Below are positions 22,816 through 31,196 of a stretch of 48,952 bases of DNA, piece by piece (position 1 is the stretch's first letter; every line of letters begins with the position of its first letter). The stretch lies in IMG/VR virus record IMGVR_UViG_3300006217_000086, one strand, 5' to 3'. Below the pieces are notes generated by a model. That model saw only the letters and a list, made by a program, of their open reading frames with translations, was not told the DNA's origin and searched no databases. The translations under genes were made by a program, and so were the position numbers. The DNA is from a virus.

Positions 22816-23937
22816 ATGGAGAACTCTGCCCTTTCATTCTGTCATGATGGGAGGGGAAGCCCAGTGCACTGCCGGAAATGCCGGGCGGAGATCCCGGAGG
22901 AAAGCAAGTTCTGCAATCACTGCGGAGCGCGGCAGGCCCCGGAAACGCGGAAGGCCCTGAAGCGGGCCAACGGCACCGGCACGGTCTATAAGCTCCAGGG
23001 CCGCCGGAAACGGCCTTGGGCGGCGGCCAAAAACCGGGTTGTCATCGGATACTACGAGACCAAAACCGCCGCCCTGGAAGCTCTGAACCGTCTCACAGGC
23101 CGCTCCATTGAAGAGCGCTACAACATGACGTTCGCAGACGTGTTTGAGGCGTGGAAGGCGGAGCATTACCGGGAAATCACCGCCGCCGGGCAGGCGTCCT
23201 ACAACCGGGCCTTTGCGGTCTTCACCCCGCTCCACAAAAAGAAGTTCCGGGACCTGCGGACGGCGGATTTCCAACGTGTGCTGGACCCGTACATGGCGCA
23301 GTCTCACTCCACCCTCTCCAAGCACAAGCAGCTGATCACGCAGATGTCGCAGTGGGCCATCCGGGAGGAGCTTCTTGCGACAAATTTCGCCGCCTTTGTA
23401 AAGCTGCCGGAGAACGTCCAGCGGGAAAAGGAGATTTTCTCGGACGCGGATATCCGGAAGCTGGAGGCGGACGGCAGCGAGGCAGCCAAGATTGTCCTAA
23501 TGCTGATTTACACCGGGATGCGCATTGGGGAGCTCTTCTCCCTGCCGCTGGCAGACTGCCACGGAAGCTATGTGGTGGGCGGCGAAAAGACCGCCGCCGG
23601 CCGGAACCGGGCGATCCCCATCCGGCCGGAGGGGCGCGGGTACTTTCAATATTTTGCGCAGCAGGCAGACGGGCCTCTGCTGCTGTCCGGCTATGCCGGC
23701 CAAAAGGTGCCCGGCAATTTCCGGCGGCGGGATTATTATGCGCTGCTGGAGCGGCTGGGGATTGAGAAAAAGCCGCCCCACGCCACGCGGCACACCTACG
23801 CCAGCCGCGCCCGGAAGGCCGGGATGCCGCCGGAGATTCTCCAGAAAATTCTCGGCCACGCGGATTATACTACGACGGCGAATATTTATGTGCACACCGA
23901 TATCGAAGAACTGCTCCGGGCCGTAGAGGGCCCTTAA
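22816..23937 (+). CDS. int: Tyrosine integrase with an N-terminal zinc ribbon
   Basis: CRKCRAEIPEESKFCNHCG at the N-terminus. C-terminus ...ATRHTYASRARKAGMPPEILQKILGHADYTTTANIYVHT (R..H-x-x-R..Y catalytic pattern). An alternative GTG start lies at 22864. Confidence 0.9.
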   Translation: MENSALSFCHDGRGSPVHCRKCRAEIPEESKFCNHCGARQAPETRKALKRANGTGTVYKLQGRRKRPWAAAKNRVVIGYYETKTAALEALNRLTGRSIEERYNMTFADVFEAWKAEHYREITAAGQASYNRAFAVFTPLHKKKFRDLRTADFQRVLDPYMAQSHSTLSKHKQLITQMSQWAIREELLATNFAAFVKLPENVQREKEIFSDADIRKLEADGSEAAKIVLMLIYTGMRIGELFSLPLADCHGSYVVGGEKTAAGRNRAIPIRPEGRGYFQYFAQQADGPLLLSGYAGQKVPGNFRRRDYYALLERLGIEKKPPHATRHTYASRARKAGMPPEILQKILGHADYTTTANIYVHTDIEELLRAVEGP

Positions 23938-24086
23938 ATTTGATTGTAATTTGTTAGTAACCGAAAGGACTTAATGGCGTTTTATCCTGATTCAAATTCG
24001 CGGAAACCACTGAAAATACAGAAATAGATGGTTTCCGCCTGTTTGGGATTTCCTTTGATTCTGCTTAGCATGCAGCGGGTCCGTGC

Positions 24087-24109
24087 TTCAAATCCCCGCC
24101 CGGTCACCA
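24087..24109 (+). other. tRNA 3'-end-like fragment (T-loop, T-stem 3' strand, acceptor 3' strand and CCA): ttcaaatccccgcccggtcacca
   Basis: Read directly from the sequence. No matching 5' acceptor strand upstream, so this is not a full tRNA gene. Confidence 0.5.
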
Positions 24110-24112
24110 GCG

Positions 24113-24137
24113 AAAACCATTGAACTGCAATGGTTTT
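24113..24137 (+). terminator. Hairpin aaaaccattg-aactg-caatggtttt directly after the tRNA-like 3' end
   Basis: 10-bp perfect stem ending in a T run. Confidence 0.6.
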
Positions 24138-24190
24138 AGGGCTTTCTGTTTTTATATGAAAATTCAGTTTGTTAGTAACTAGTCAGTAAC

Positions 24191-24224
24191 AGCAGGCGGG
24201 AGGGCATTGGCCCTCCCGCCTGCT
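24191..24224 (-). terminator. Perfect 14-bp stem hairpin after the last late/accessory gene
   Basis: agcaggcgggaggg-cattgg-ccctcccgcctgct. Confidence 0.55.
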
Positions 24225-24227
24225 CTC

Positions 24228-24680
24228 TCAGCTCTGCGCCGCAATGTACCGCCAATACCTAGCCAGCTTCTCCGGCTGGGCGTCCCGGTCCTCCAGAAAG
24301 GCCTTGGCCATGTACGCATAGAAATCCATGCTGCTGCAGTTGGCCTTCTCCGCCGCCTTGACATAATCCGAATACATCATGTTCATGGCCACCCAGAATG
24401 CCAGCGGCTCGCAGGAAATCCCTCTCTGGGTCCGGGCCTCCTCTGTCTTCTCCATGGTCCAGTGAGGCCCTTTCGTCCCGTCGGCGTTCTCCATGCTGCT
24501 TACCCATTCCACGGCGGCCTCCCGGGTCAGGGGCCGGACATCCTCCGTCTTTGCCTCCGGCAGCGCCTTCCAGTGCTTTTGAAGATACAACAGCTCCGCC
24601 ATCAGCCCCACAGACTCCCGCGTCATGGGACCGTCTGCAAGCGCCTGCATCTCCCTGCAAATTGTCTCCTGTGTAAACAT
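24228..24680 (-). CDS. Hypothetical protein (150 aa)
   Basis: ORF with coupled neighbours. Contains ENADGTKGPHWTMEKTEE...FWVAMNMMYSDY. Family not recognised with certainty. Confidence 0.55.
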   Translation of the reverse strand: MFTQETICREMQALADGPMTRESVGLMAELLYLQKHWKALPEAKTEDVRPLTREAAVEWVSSMENADGTKGPHWTMEKTEEARTQRGISCEPLAFWVAMNMMYSDYVKAAEKANCSSMDFYAYMAKAFLEDRDAQPEKLARYWRYIAAQS

Positions 24681-24682
24681 GC

Positions 24683-25030
24683 TTACACCTCCGTGATGTA
24701 CGCAAGCAGCCGCCCCAGATCCTCCCGGAAAAACGTCAGGTCTCCCAGAATCGGGACCGTCACCTGGAAACCCTTTTCTGGAATCTGTTCCTCGGCAATG
24801 GCGGCAATGCCCTCCAGGTCCACATTCCCATCCGCGTCCACTGCTCCAATCGCTGCCAGTGCCGGATTTCCCACCAACTTCTCCAGCCCGTGCTTCACGG
24901 CGTAGACCGCTCCTGCCACAGCGGCAATCTTTTTCAGCTGGCCGTTGGGGATGTTGACGGGGATTTTTGGGGCAAGTTCAGCATCAATAAACTTCACTGC
25001 TCCCCGTTCGATCTGCTCAATGGTTGCCAT
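24683..25030 (-). CDS. Hypothetical protein (115 aa)
   Basis: ORF with a 2-nt gap to the next gene. Confidence 0.55.
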   Translation of the reverse strand: MATIEQIERGAVKFIDAELAPKIPVNIPNGQLKKIAAVAGAVYAVKHGLEKLVGNPALAAIGAVDADGNVDLEGIAAIAEEQIPEKGFQVTVPILGDLTFFREDLGRLLAYITEV

Positions 25031-25085
25031 GTAAAATCCTCCTTAATGAGACAGCCGGGGAGGCAGGTCCTCCCCGGCTGCACGG

Positions 25086-25730
25086 TCAATTGCTGCGGCA
25101 GTCGCAGGTGCAGGCAGGCAGCGGGTTGTAGATCCTCTGGGGTGTCATGGCGGTGCCCACAGTCACGTCGGCGACCTCCTTGGGATAGAAGGTCTGATTG
25201 ACGTAGTTGACAATGGCGTTGTCGCCACAGCGGCGCTCTTTGGCCTCCGCCTGAATGGCGGTCTCCAGGCGCTGGCAGCAGCAGTCCAGCCGTTCCTGCG
25301 CAATTTGGAAGCTGTCTTTGGTGGCCTGATTCTGGACGGCCTGCTTGGAAAGCTCACCCTCAACCTCCCGGAAGCGCTCATTGATATACTTATACAGCTC
25401 CAACGACTTCTGGTCGCCGTAGGTATTGGCGTCCCGGAGGGCAATCTGGGAATCCTTTGCGGCGATCTCCTGAACCAGCCGCATTTCCCGCTGGGTAACA
25501 GGATCGCAGTCACTGCCGCAGGGCGCGGCGCAGGAACGGCCCCGCAGCAGTTCTGCAGTAAGCATCGCGGTCAGCGCATCGTTCTGCGCCGTACCGCGGC
25601 CGCCAAAGAGGCCGGAAACGGCGCCAAGACCGCCCAGAGAGTTCAGCACACCCAGGGACAGACCGGCAATGCCAGTGCCAAGGCCCGCACCCGCCACGCC
25701 TTTGCTGGCGTATTCCTTGTTCATTTCCAT
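25086..25730 (-). CDS. Hypothetical protein: glycine-zipper N-terminus, coiled coil, Cys-rich C-terminus
   Basis: GVAGAGLGTGIAGLSLGVLNSLGGLGAVSGLFGG...; CAAPCGSDCD; CCCQ; ...PACTCDCRSN. Confidence 0.55.
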   Translation of the reverse strand: MEMNKEYASKGVAGAGLGTGIAGLSLGVLNSLGGLGAVSGLFGGRGTAQNDALTAMLTAELLRGRSCAAPCGSDCDPVTQREMRLVQEIAAKDSQIALRDANTYGDQKSLELYKYINERFREVEGELSKQAVQNQATKDSFQIAQERLDCCCQRLETAIQAEAKERRCGDNAIVNYVNQTFYPKEVADVTVGTAMTPQRIYNPLPACTCDCRSN

Positions 25731-25853
25731 AATGGTTCCTCCTGTCTTAATTTCTTAAATTGTAGCACAGATTCCCGTGGCAAACCTATCAATTTCCCAT
25801 CAAAAAACTATCACAGGGCAAGGGAAAACCGCCCCGGTTAGGGGGCGGCTCTC

Positions 25854-26072
25854 TTACGGTTCACTATATACACAAGGAACATGTTGCCCTTCTGGCGCAT
25901 CTCCCCAAGTATCGTAAATCCGAAAGTTGCGTGGGTTGTGTTCTGCGTCCTGCTTGCGGCAACGGCTGATATAGCTCTTTGCCGTTTTGATAGTGCTTGC
26001 AAATCCCCAGATGTGGGAATATCCGCCGCACACCTTGCGGTCACTTTCGTACTCCATAAAATAGCGCTTCAT
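25854..26072 (-). CDS. Small hypothetical protein (72 aa)
   Basis: AAGAGGAATAAG followed by ATG at 26072. MKRYFMEYESDRKVCGGYSHIWGF... Confidence 0.45.
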   Translation of the reverse strand: MKRYFMEYESDRKVCGGYSHIWGFASTIKTAKSYISRCRKQDAEHNPRNFRIYDTWGDAPEGQHVPCVYSEP

Positions 26073-26279
26073 CTTATTCCTCTTTCTGCCCTCGTAACCT
26101 CCGGGGCGGGCCGCAGGCGGAATTGCTGTGTCATTTCTTCCGCAAGCTTCTGACAATAGCAAACAGGGACAGGCTGATGCTGACAGCCAGCAGCGTGTAA
26201 ATCAAAGCATCCATACTTGACACATGGCAAGCGATTTGTTATTTTATTGGTGGGGGAGGTTTCCCTCCCCCACCCCTCA

Positions 26280-26396
26280 TCAGGCCAGCTTCTCAATCAA
26301 GAGAATCAGAGCAATGATGAGGTTGAGAATTGCGGCGGTAAGGTTGATGTAGCTGGTCAGGCAGTCAACCTTTCCGCTCTTTTTTCGCTTGCCCAT
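26280..26396 (-). CDS. 38-aa peptide with a Lys-rich N-terminus and a hydrophobic C-terminal helix
   Basis: Near-perfect SD GGAAAGGAGGTGA followed by ATG. MGKRKKSGKVDCLTSYINLTAAILNLIIALILLIEKLA. Below the ORF-track length cutoff. Confidence 0.5.
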   Translation of the reverse strand: MGKRKKSGKVDCLTSYINLTAAILNLIIALILLIEKLA

Positions 26397-26435
26397 GGTG
26401 TTCACCTCCTTTCCATGCTCTTATTATAATACGGT

Positions 26436-26966
26436 TTACCCGTATATACAAGATGGGATTCTGCACAAAGTTAAACCGTATTTTTGTAAAAAGTGATACT
26501 GTTTAACGGTTCTTGTCTGTGCTATACTGGTGTAGGGTGATACGATGGTTTCAGAAACACAAAAAAAGGCAAGAAATAAATGGGATGCCGCCAATATGAC
26601 GGTTCTTGGCTGCAAAGTTCGCAAAGACAAGGCAGAACAGTTCAAAGCGGCCTGCAAAGCTGCCGGGACGACGCCCAACGCGGTTTTTACGGCGGCCATC
26701 CAGCAATTTATGGAAGAACAGAACCGGGCCGGGGAGTAAACTCCCCGGCCCTCTGCCTCTTCACGGCAAATTCTCAGAATTTTCTCCTTGACCCTGCGGA
26801 TGCGGCGGTCCACCGTGGGCACGGATATCCGCAGCATCTCCGCAATCCGGACCCGGGATTCACCCCGGGTGCAGAAGACGAACACCGCCTCCTCCTCCCG
26901 GGTGAAGCCGCAGGCCCGGCGCAGATACTGGAGTTCCTGGGCGGTAAAGCCCCGACGCAGGTTCAT
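26436..26966 (-). CDS. Sigma-70 region-4 / LuxR-like HTH protein. Only the N-terminal ~75 aa is recognisable, and the rest of the ORF is antisense to 26545..26739.
   Basis: MNLRRGFTAQELQYLRRACGFTREEEAVFVFCTRGESRVRIAEMLRISVPTVDRRIRRVKEKIL. Confidence 0.6.
   Translation of the reverse strand: MNLRRGFTAQELQYLRRACGFTREEEAVFVFCTRGESRVRIAEMLRISVPTVDRRIRRVKEKILRICREEAEGRGVYSPARFCSSINCWMAAVKTALGVVPAALQAALNCSALSLRTLQPRTVILAASHLFLAFFCVSETIVSPYTSIAQTRTVKQYHFLQKYGLTLCRIPSCIYG
26545..26739 (+). CDS. RHH/Arc-like small DNA-binding protein (putative)
   Basis: Extended -10 (TGcTATACT) upstream. KKARNKWDAANMTVLGCKVRKDKAEQFKAACKAAGTTPNAVFTAAIQQFMEE. Confidence 0.6.
   Translation: MVSETQKKARNKWDAANMTVLGCKVRKDKAEQFKAACKAAGTTPNAVFTAAIQQFMEEQNRAGE
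26726..26751. terminator. 11-bp stem hairpin gggccggggag-taaa-ctccccggccc spanning the RHH stop codon
   Basis: Read directly from the sequence. No strong T run on either side. Confidence 0.4.
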
Positions 26967-26992
26967 CCGCTGTCACTTCCTTTTTGGCGGGC

Positions 26993-27394
26993 TCAGCCCT
27001 TCCAGCGGCTCTTCACCGGCCGGACGTCCACGTGGGTGAAGCTGCTGTAAATCCCGATGCCGCCCTTGCCCGGCAGCAACGTCTCGGCGTAGGCGGCCAC
27101 CTTGGCCGGCGTGACGCCGGGGACGGAGATGTCCGCCGCCGTGCCGTACTTGTGCTGGCTGTACGCCGCCCCGCCCACCTTCTTGTTGTGGGCCTCGGTG
27201 CGGTAGCCGCTGTTGACGGTCACCGCCCTGCCAAAGTGGTCTCGGATGCTCTGGAGCACCGTCACCAGCTCCGGGGCGATGAACACCGTGTCCGTGCCGT
27301 CGCAGCAGGCGAACTCCCGCACCTTGAAGTTCCGGGACAGGGCCACATTGCCATCCTTGGCGCGGCTGTAGACCTTCACATTCGCTCCGTTCAT
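26993..27394 (-). CDS. Endolysin, peptidase M15A (M15_3) family
   Basis: GGAGGTGGAG SD. SRNFKVREFACCDG...VNSGYRTEAHNKKVGGAAYSQHKYGTAADI. Confidence 0.85.
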   Translation of the reverse strand: MNGANVKVYSRAKDGNVALSRNFKVREFACCDGTDTVFIAPELVTVLQSIRDHFGRAVTVNSGYRTEAHNKKVGGAAYSQHKYGTAADISVPGVTPAKVAAYAETLLPGKGGIGIYSSFTHVDVRPVKSRWKG

Positions 27395-27594
27395 GACTCC
27401 ACCTCCGGCAGGCCCGCCACGCTGGTCAGCAGGGACAGCGCCCCGGCCAGAAGAGACGCGGAGCCCGCCATCACCCAGTTCACGTCCCCCAGCGCGGCGG
27501 CGGTGCCGATGGTTGCCGCGGCGGTCTGTGCCGCCGTCTTCACGGCCCGGACAGCGGCGGCCCGGAGCCAGCGGCTCCAATACGCGTTTTTCAT
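27391..27594 (-). CDS. Holin (LL-H-like)
   Basis: MKNAYWSRWLRAAAVRAVKTAAQTAAATIG...SLLAGALSLLTSVAG. ATGA overlap with the endolysin gene. Confidence 0.6.
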   Translation of the reverse strand: MKNAYWSRWLRAAAVRAVKTAAQTAAATIGTAAALGDVNWVMAGSASLLAGALSLLTSVAGLPEVES

Positions 27595-27629
27595 TGTGCT
27601 TGTCCTCCTTTGTGTTGTTTTCCGCCCCA

Positions 27630-27878
27630 TCAGGCGGGCTTATGGAAGTTCTCCAGGTCGTCAATGCGGTGGTTGACAACCTTGATTTTCTCCTCCTGGA
27701 GCTCCGAGCGCTCCTCCAGGCGGTAGGTGCGCTCAATGAGGCTGTTGTGGGCCTGGACCTTCTTCTCCAGCTGTTCCAGGCGGTACTGGGTCAGCTTGCT
27801 GCTGACCAGGATGCCCAGCACCGACCCCATACCGGACCCCGCCAGGCCGATGAGGGCCACAATGACCGCGTCATTCAT
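27630..27878 (-). CDS. XhlA-like membrane / coiled-coil lysis-associated protein
   Basis: N-terminal TM segment (VIVALIGLAGSGMGSVLGILV) followed by a coiled coil. Confidence 0.4.
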   Translation of the reverse strand: MNDAVIVALIGLAGSGMGSVLGILVSSKLTQYRLEQLEKKVQAHNSLIERTYRLEERSELQEEKIKVVNHRIDDLENFHKPA

Positions 27879-27984
27879 CTTGCATTCCTCCTTGCTTCAC
27901 TCTGAATTTTAGACCGGTTTCCCCCCCGCTGGCAGGGGAAGCCGTTCCCCAATGTCCCGCGTCTTTGCACGAAATAAAGTCGGA

Positions 27985-28410
27985 TTACAGCCATTTGTAA
28001 CGGGGCCGCCGGCCGCCGCGGAGCCAGAAATCCAGCCAGTCGAAGGCCACAATCACCGGCCCGGCCAGCAGGCACCAGAGGGCGGCGTACTGCGGGCAAA
28101 TCTGTCCCCAGAGATTGCCGGGCAGGGCGGAGTAATCCCAAATTGCCAGCCCCAGCCAGCGGTTGAGGACCAGCCCCGCCGCCAGCTCCGCAGCCGTAAC
28201 CGTCAGCCCGCCCAGCACGGCCTGGAGCCACAGCGGCATGGCCCAGGGAATCCGCTCATTGGCCAGGTCCAGCGGGATACACAGCAGCGCCGCCAGCAGC
28301 AGCATGGTCCAGTGGGTACAGCCCCGCCAAAGGACCTCCAGAATGCCGTACAGGACGCCGCCGAACATCCAGCGGACGATGTGCCCGCGCAGCTTACACA
28401 CCGGCCTCAC
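27985..28410 (-). CDS. Polytopic membrane protein (DUF1113 / CmpB-like)
   Basis: MFGGVLYGILEVLWRGCTHWTM... and four hydrophobic segments. Confidence 0.5.
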   Translation of the reverse strand: MRPVCKLRGHIVRWMFGGVLYGILEVLWRGCTHWTMLLLAALLCIPLDLANERIPWAMPLWLQAVLGGLTVTAAELAAGLVLNRWLGLAIWDYSALPGNLWGQICPQYAALWCLLAGPVIVAFDWLDFWLRGGRRPRYKWL

Positions 28411-29039
28411 CGCCCCCCCGCCGCCTCCAGGACCGCCGCCATGTTGGCCGCCAGGTCCTCCGGCAGCGCCGCGCCGTATGCAATGGCAGTCAGCGCCTCC
28501 GGTGTCTCACAGCGGCGGACCCAGGCGGCCAGGTGGTTGTAATAAGTGGTCTGATACAGCTTGTGGGCCGTGGCCGCTTGGGCCATAATCTGGATATCCG
28601 CCGCCGGGAAAATGGCGCAGAGCTGGCCGTCCAGGTGGTAGGGATACCCTTCGGCCCCCTGCTCCACCGCCGCCGTGGCCGCGGAGAGGTTAATCTGGTC
28701 CTCGGCGGTCAGGGCGATATGGCCGGCGCCCATGGACAGCGCCACGTCACAGCCCGCCGTGACGGCAGCGCCGCAGGCGTCGGACAGCTCCCGGAGCTTG
28801 GCGGCCCGCCGCTCCTCCAGGGTCATGAGCTCCGGATAGTCCTCCAGGCAGTGCTCCCGCCGCCACCGGGCCCGCAGGGCCTCGGAGCAGTCCGGCAGGC
28901 CGCTGAGCTCGCAGTCCTCCGCGAAGGGCCCGTAAACGGCCCCGTTCTCCGTGATGACCCGGTCGGCGGTGTAAGAAACCGCGTTTTCAATGACCAGCGC
29001 CGGGACCGCGGTCCCGGTTTTGTAAAGATACAGCGTCAT
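28407..29039 (-). CDS. DUF4376-like tail fibre-associated protein
   Basis: GGGGGAG SD followed by ATG at 29039. ...LTAEDQINLSAATAAVEQG...IQIMAQAATAHKLY. Confidence 0.45.
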   Translation of the reverse strand: MTLYLYKTGTAVPALVIENAVSYTADRVITENGAVYGPFAEDCELSGLPDCSEALRARWRREHCLEDYPELMTLEERRAAKLRELSDACGAAVTAGCDVALSMGAGHIALTAEDQINLSAATAAVEQGAEGYPYHLDGQLCAIFPAADIQIMAQAATAHKLYQTTYYNHLAAWVRRCETPEALTAIAYGAALPEDLAANMAAVLEAAGGR

Positions 29040-29053
29040 AGTTTCTCCCCCTC

Positions 29054-29947
29054 TCACAGCAGCGTTCCGTCTCGCTTCACAATCAGTCCGCCGCTTTTCG
29101 CGTTCGTGCTGCCACCCAGCAGCTCCGGCGTTCTGCCCGCCAGCAGGACGATTCCGCCGTGGTACGCGTATGCTCCGGTCCCGCTGCCGGAAAAACCGTC
29201 TTCGTTATCACTGTACACGGTCACAATGGAACTGCCAGATGTTAACATGGCGGTTTTGCAGTTCCTGATTCCACAGTTCGTTATATTCACAAGCGAGCAT
29301 AGCTCTGCCCGTACACCAAATTCTCCCTCGCTGTCCGCCGATCTTGTGCCCAAGATCGTGCAGAACTGCATGGAAACATACTGGCTGATTTGGATGGAAA
29401 CGATTACATTATTTATTTCCGGGTGCCCGCTGAACTCCAGATTTTTCAGCGTGACCCGATTGGAACAGCCATTGACCGAAATGCCCTTTTGAAATGTACA
29501 GCCGCCGGCGCCCTCAATCCAGATGCTGCCGCCGCCATAAAAGCCACGGATATTCAAATACTCGTTCAGCGTTCCGGAAACCTTGACAGTCAGATTTTCA
29601 TTCAGCAGCCGGGGCAGGGCGTTGATAAAGCCGGGCAGCTCGCTGGCCGCCAGCTCCACCGTCCGGCTGGGAATTACCGTCTGTCCCAATTTCCCCTGCA
29701 GTATTGCCTCGATCTCCTCCTGGTTTAGACCGCCGCCGGTCTCCAGCTCCTGGCCGTCGTAAATCAGCTTCATCTGCGCACCCTCCCTTCCTTTTCCGCT
29801 GCCCTGGGCATCCGTAATCACATACAGCCCCTTCGTTTGCTCTGCCTCCGGCAGGGCGTCGTATTCCGCCTGGGTCATGCCGCTGACAAGCCTGGGCTTC
29901 AGTCGGTCGAAGAAGCGGGCCAGACCCGCGCTGTCCAGAAACCCCAC
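29054..29947 (-). CDS. Tail fibre/spike protein with a predicted right-handed beta-helix
   Basis: N-terminus FLDSAGLARFFDRLK. Repeated ...N/C-G-I... rungs (VNGCSNRVTLKNLEF, ITNCGIRNCKT). Confidence 0.55.
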   Translation of the reverse strand: MGFLDSAGLARFFDRLKPRLVSGMTQAEYDALPEAEQTKGLYVITDAQGSGKGREGAQMKLIYDGQELETGGGLNQEEIEAILQGKLGQTVIPSRTVELAASELPGFINALPRLLNENLTVKVSGTLNEYLNIRGFYGGGSIWIEGAGGCTFQKGISVNGCSNRVTLKNLEFSGHPEINNVIVSIQISQYVSMQFCTILGTRSADSEGEFGVRAELCSLVNITNCGIRNCKTAMLTSGSSIVTVYSDNEDGFSGSGTGAYAYHGGIVLLAGRTPELLGGSTNAKSGGLIVKRDGTLL

Positions 29948-29949
29948 GC

Positions 29950-30471
29950 TCAGCCCTCCCCGGTGATGGCGTCAATCTCCGCGTTGGAGATGGCCGCAAT
30001 CTCCAGGACCTGGCCCAGGGCGTCCCAGGCCGTGCCGGTCCAGGCGTAGTTCATGCCCGTGTCCTCCACGTTCCACACGTCGCCCACCTCGTTCCCCGTC
30101 TCCGGCAGGGCCCCGAAGCCGGCCTTGCTGCCCTTGTACTTGTACACGGCGCTGAGGTCGCTTTTCAGCGCCAGGTCCGGCTTGTTCAGCACATTGCTCC
30201 AGTCCACGGCATCCGCCGTGCCGCCGCCGGCGGCGCTGAGGACGCCGCCGGCGATGTTCAGCCCGGCTCCCACCTTCACGCCTCCCAGGGCCTCTGCCGT
30301 GGCCGCCGGGAGGGTGTAGTTCTCCAGCCCCTCCAGCTTGGTCTTCTCCGCGGCGGTGTAGTCGTTGGTGCTGAGGCCCTTCCCCGGCTCCTTGTCCACC
30401 TTGCCGGAAAGCAGCGCCTTCACCTTCCCCCACAGGTACAGCAGGCCGTTCTGGTCCAAAAACTTGCTCAT
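29950..30471 (-). CDS. Tail fibre protein
   Basis: MSKFLDQNGLLYLWGKVKALLSGKVDKEPGKGLSTNDYTAAEKTKLEGL is a common phage fibre N-terminal repeat. Confidence 0.6.
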   Translation of the reverse strand: MSKFLDQNGLLYLWGKVKALLSGKVDKEPGKGLSTNDYTAAEKTKLEGLENYTLPAATAEALGGVKVGAGLNIAGGVLSAAGGGTADAVDWSNVLNKPDLALKSDLSAVYKYKGSKAGFGALPETGNEVGDVWNVEDTGMNYAWTGTAWDALGQVLEIAAISNAEIDAITGEG

Positions 30472-31094
30472 TTCAACAGCTCCTCCAATTCCAGATTTGT
30501 AATGGCCTCCGCGGGCGGCGGGATGCGCCGCAGCTCCTCCTCCAGGCCGTCAATGGCGGACACCGGGTGCTGCGTCTCCGCGTCCCGGTGGGTCAACAGG
30601 CGGTGGTCCGCGGTCCCGCCCTCTCCGCCGCCGCCCGGAATGGGCACGGCGCTCAGCAGGGTGTTCCCGGCGTAGAGGCCCAGGTCCCCCGCCGCCGTGT
30701 AGTCCAGGGCGTCCGCCTTGCGGCCCAGGGCCTGCTCCCACAGGTCCGGGGTGGGGGGCCGGGCGGCCTCCCCGGGGGCCGCACCCTCCAGAATGGTCCC
30801 CAGGTCCGCCCAGAGGGTGGGCAGCACCAGAGTCTCCCCCCGCCGGCCGCACACCCCGCACTCCAGCCGGGGGCCGTGGCGCTCCAGCACCTCCCAGGGG
30901 ACGGCGCAGGTGTTGCGTTCGTCCAGCCGTACCGAGCGGGAGACTGGCCCCGCCCGGAACACCGCCGTCCGCTCTAGGCCCGCCCAGTCCTCCGAGAAGG
31001 TGAAGCGGACCGCCGCCGCGTTCACGCCGCCGCTGGTCAGCAGCTCCCGCCGGCACACCGTCAGATTCGCTTTGTCCGCGTGCAGTTCTGTCAT
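30468..31094 (-). CDS. Tail/baseplate-associated hypothetical protein
   Basis: Synteny within the fibre cluster. Confidence 0.45.
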   Translation of the reverse strand: MTELHADKANLTVCRRELLTSGGVNAAAVRFTFSEDWAGLERTAVFRAGPVSRSVRLDERNTCAVPWEVLERHGPRLECGVCGRRGETLVLPTLWADLGTILEGAAPGEAARPPTPDLWEQALGRKADALDYTAAGDLGLYAGNTLLSAVPIPGGGGEGGTADHRLLTHRDAETQHPVSAIDGLEEELRRIPPPAEAITNLELEELLK

Positions 31095-31196
31095 TCAGCT
31101 CACTCCTTTCTCTGGAAGGCGTGTCGGGGCGGGGAGTTGCATGGGGGGTGCATGTCAGGGGAGCATTCAGGGGGAAACAAAGGTCCCTTTTATCGC

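Larger units (their letters stand above)
23950..24190. other. Probable attP region
   Basis: Adjacent to int. Direct repeats tttgttagtaac (23950..23961 and 24168..24179) flank a tRNA 3'-end-like fragment. Confidence 0.55.

Noticed and set aside
24020-24109. Full-length tRNA gene next to the integrase
   Set aside because: Only the T-loop-to-CCA portion is tRNA-like. There is no complementary 5' acceptor strand, D arm or anticodon arm upstream.
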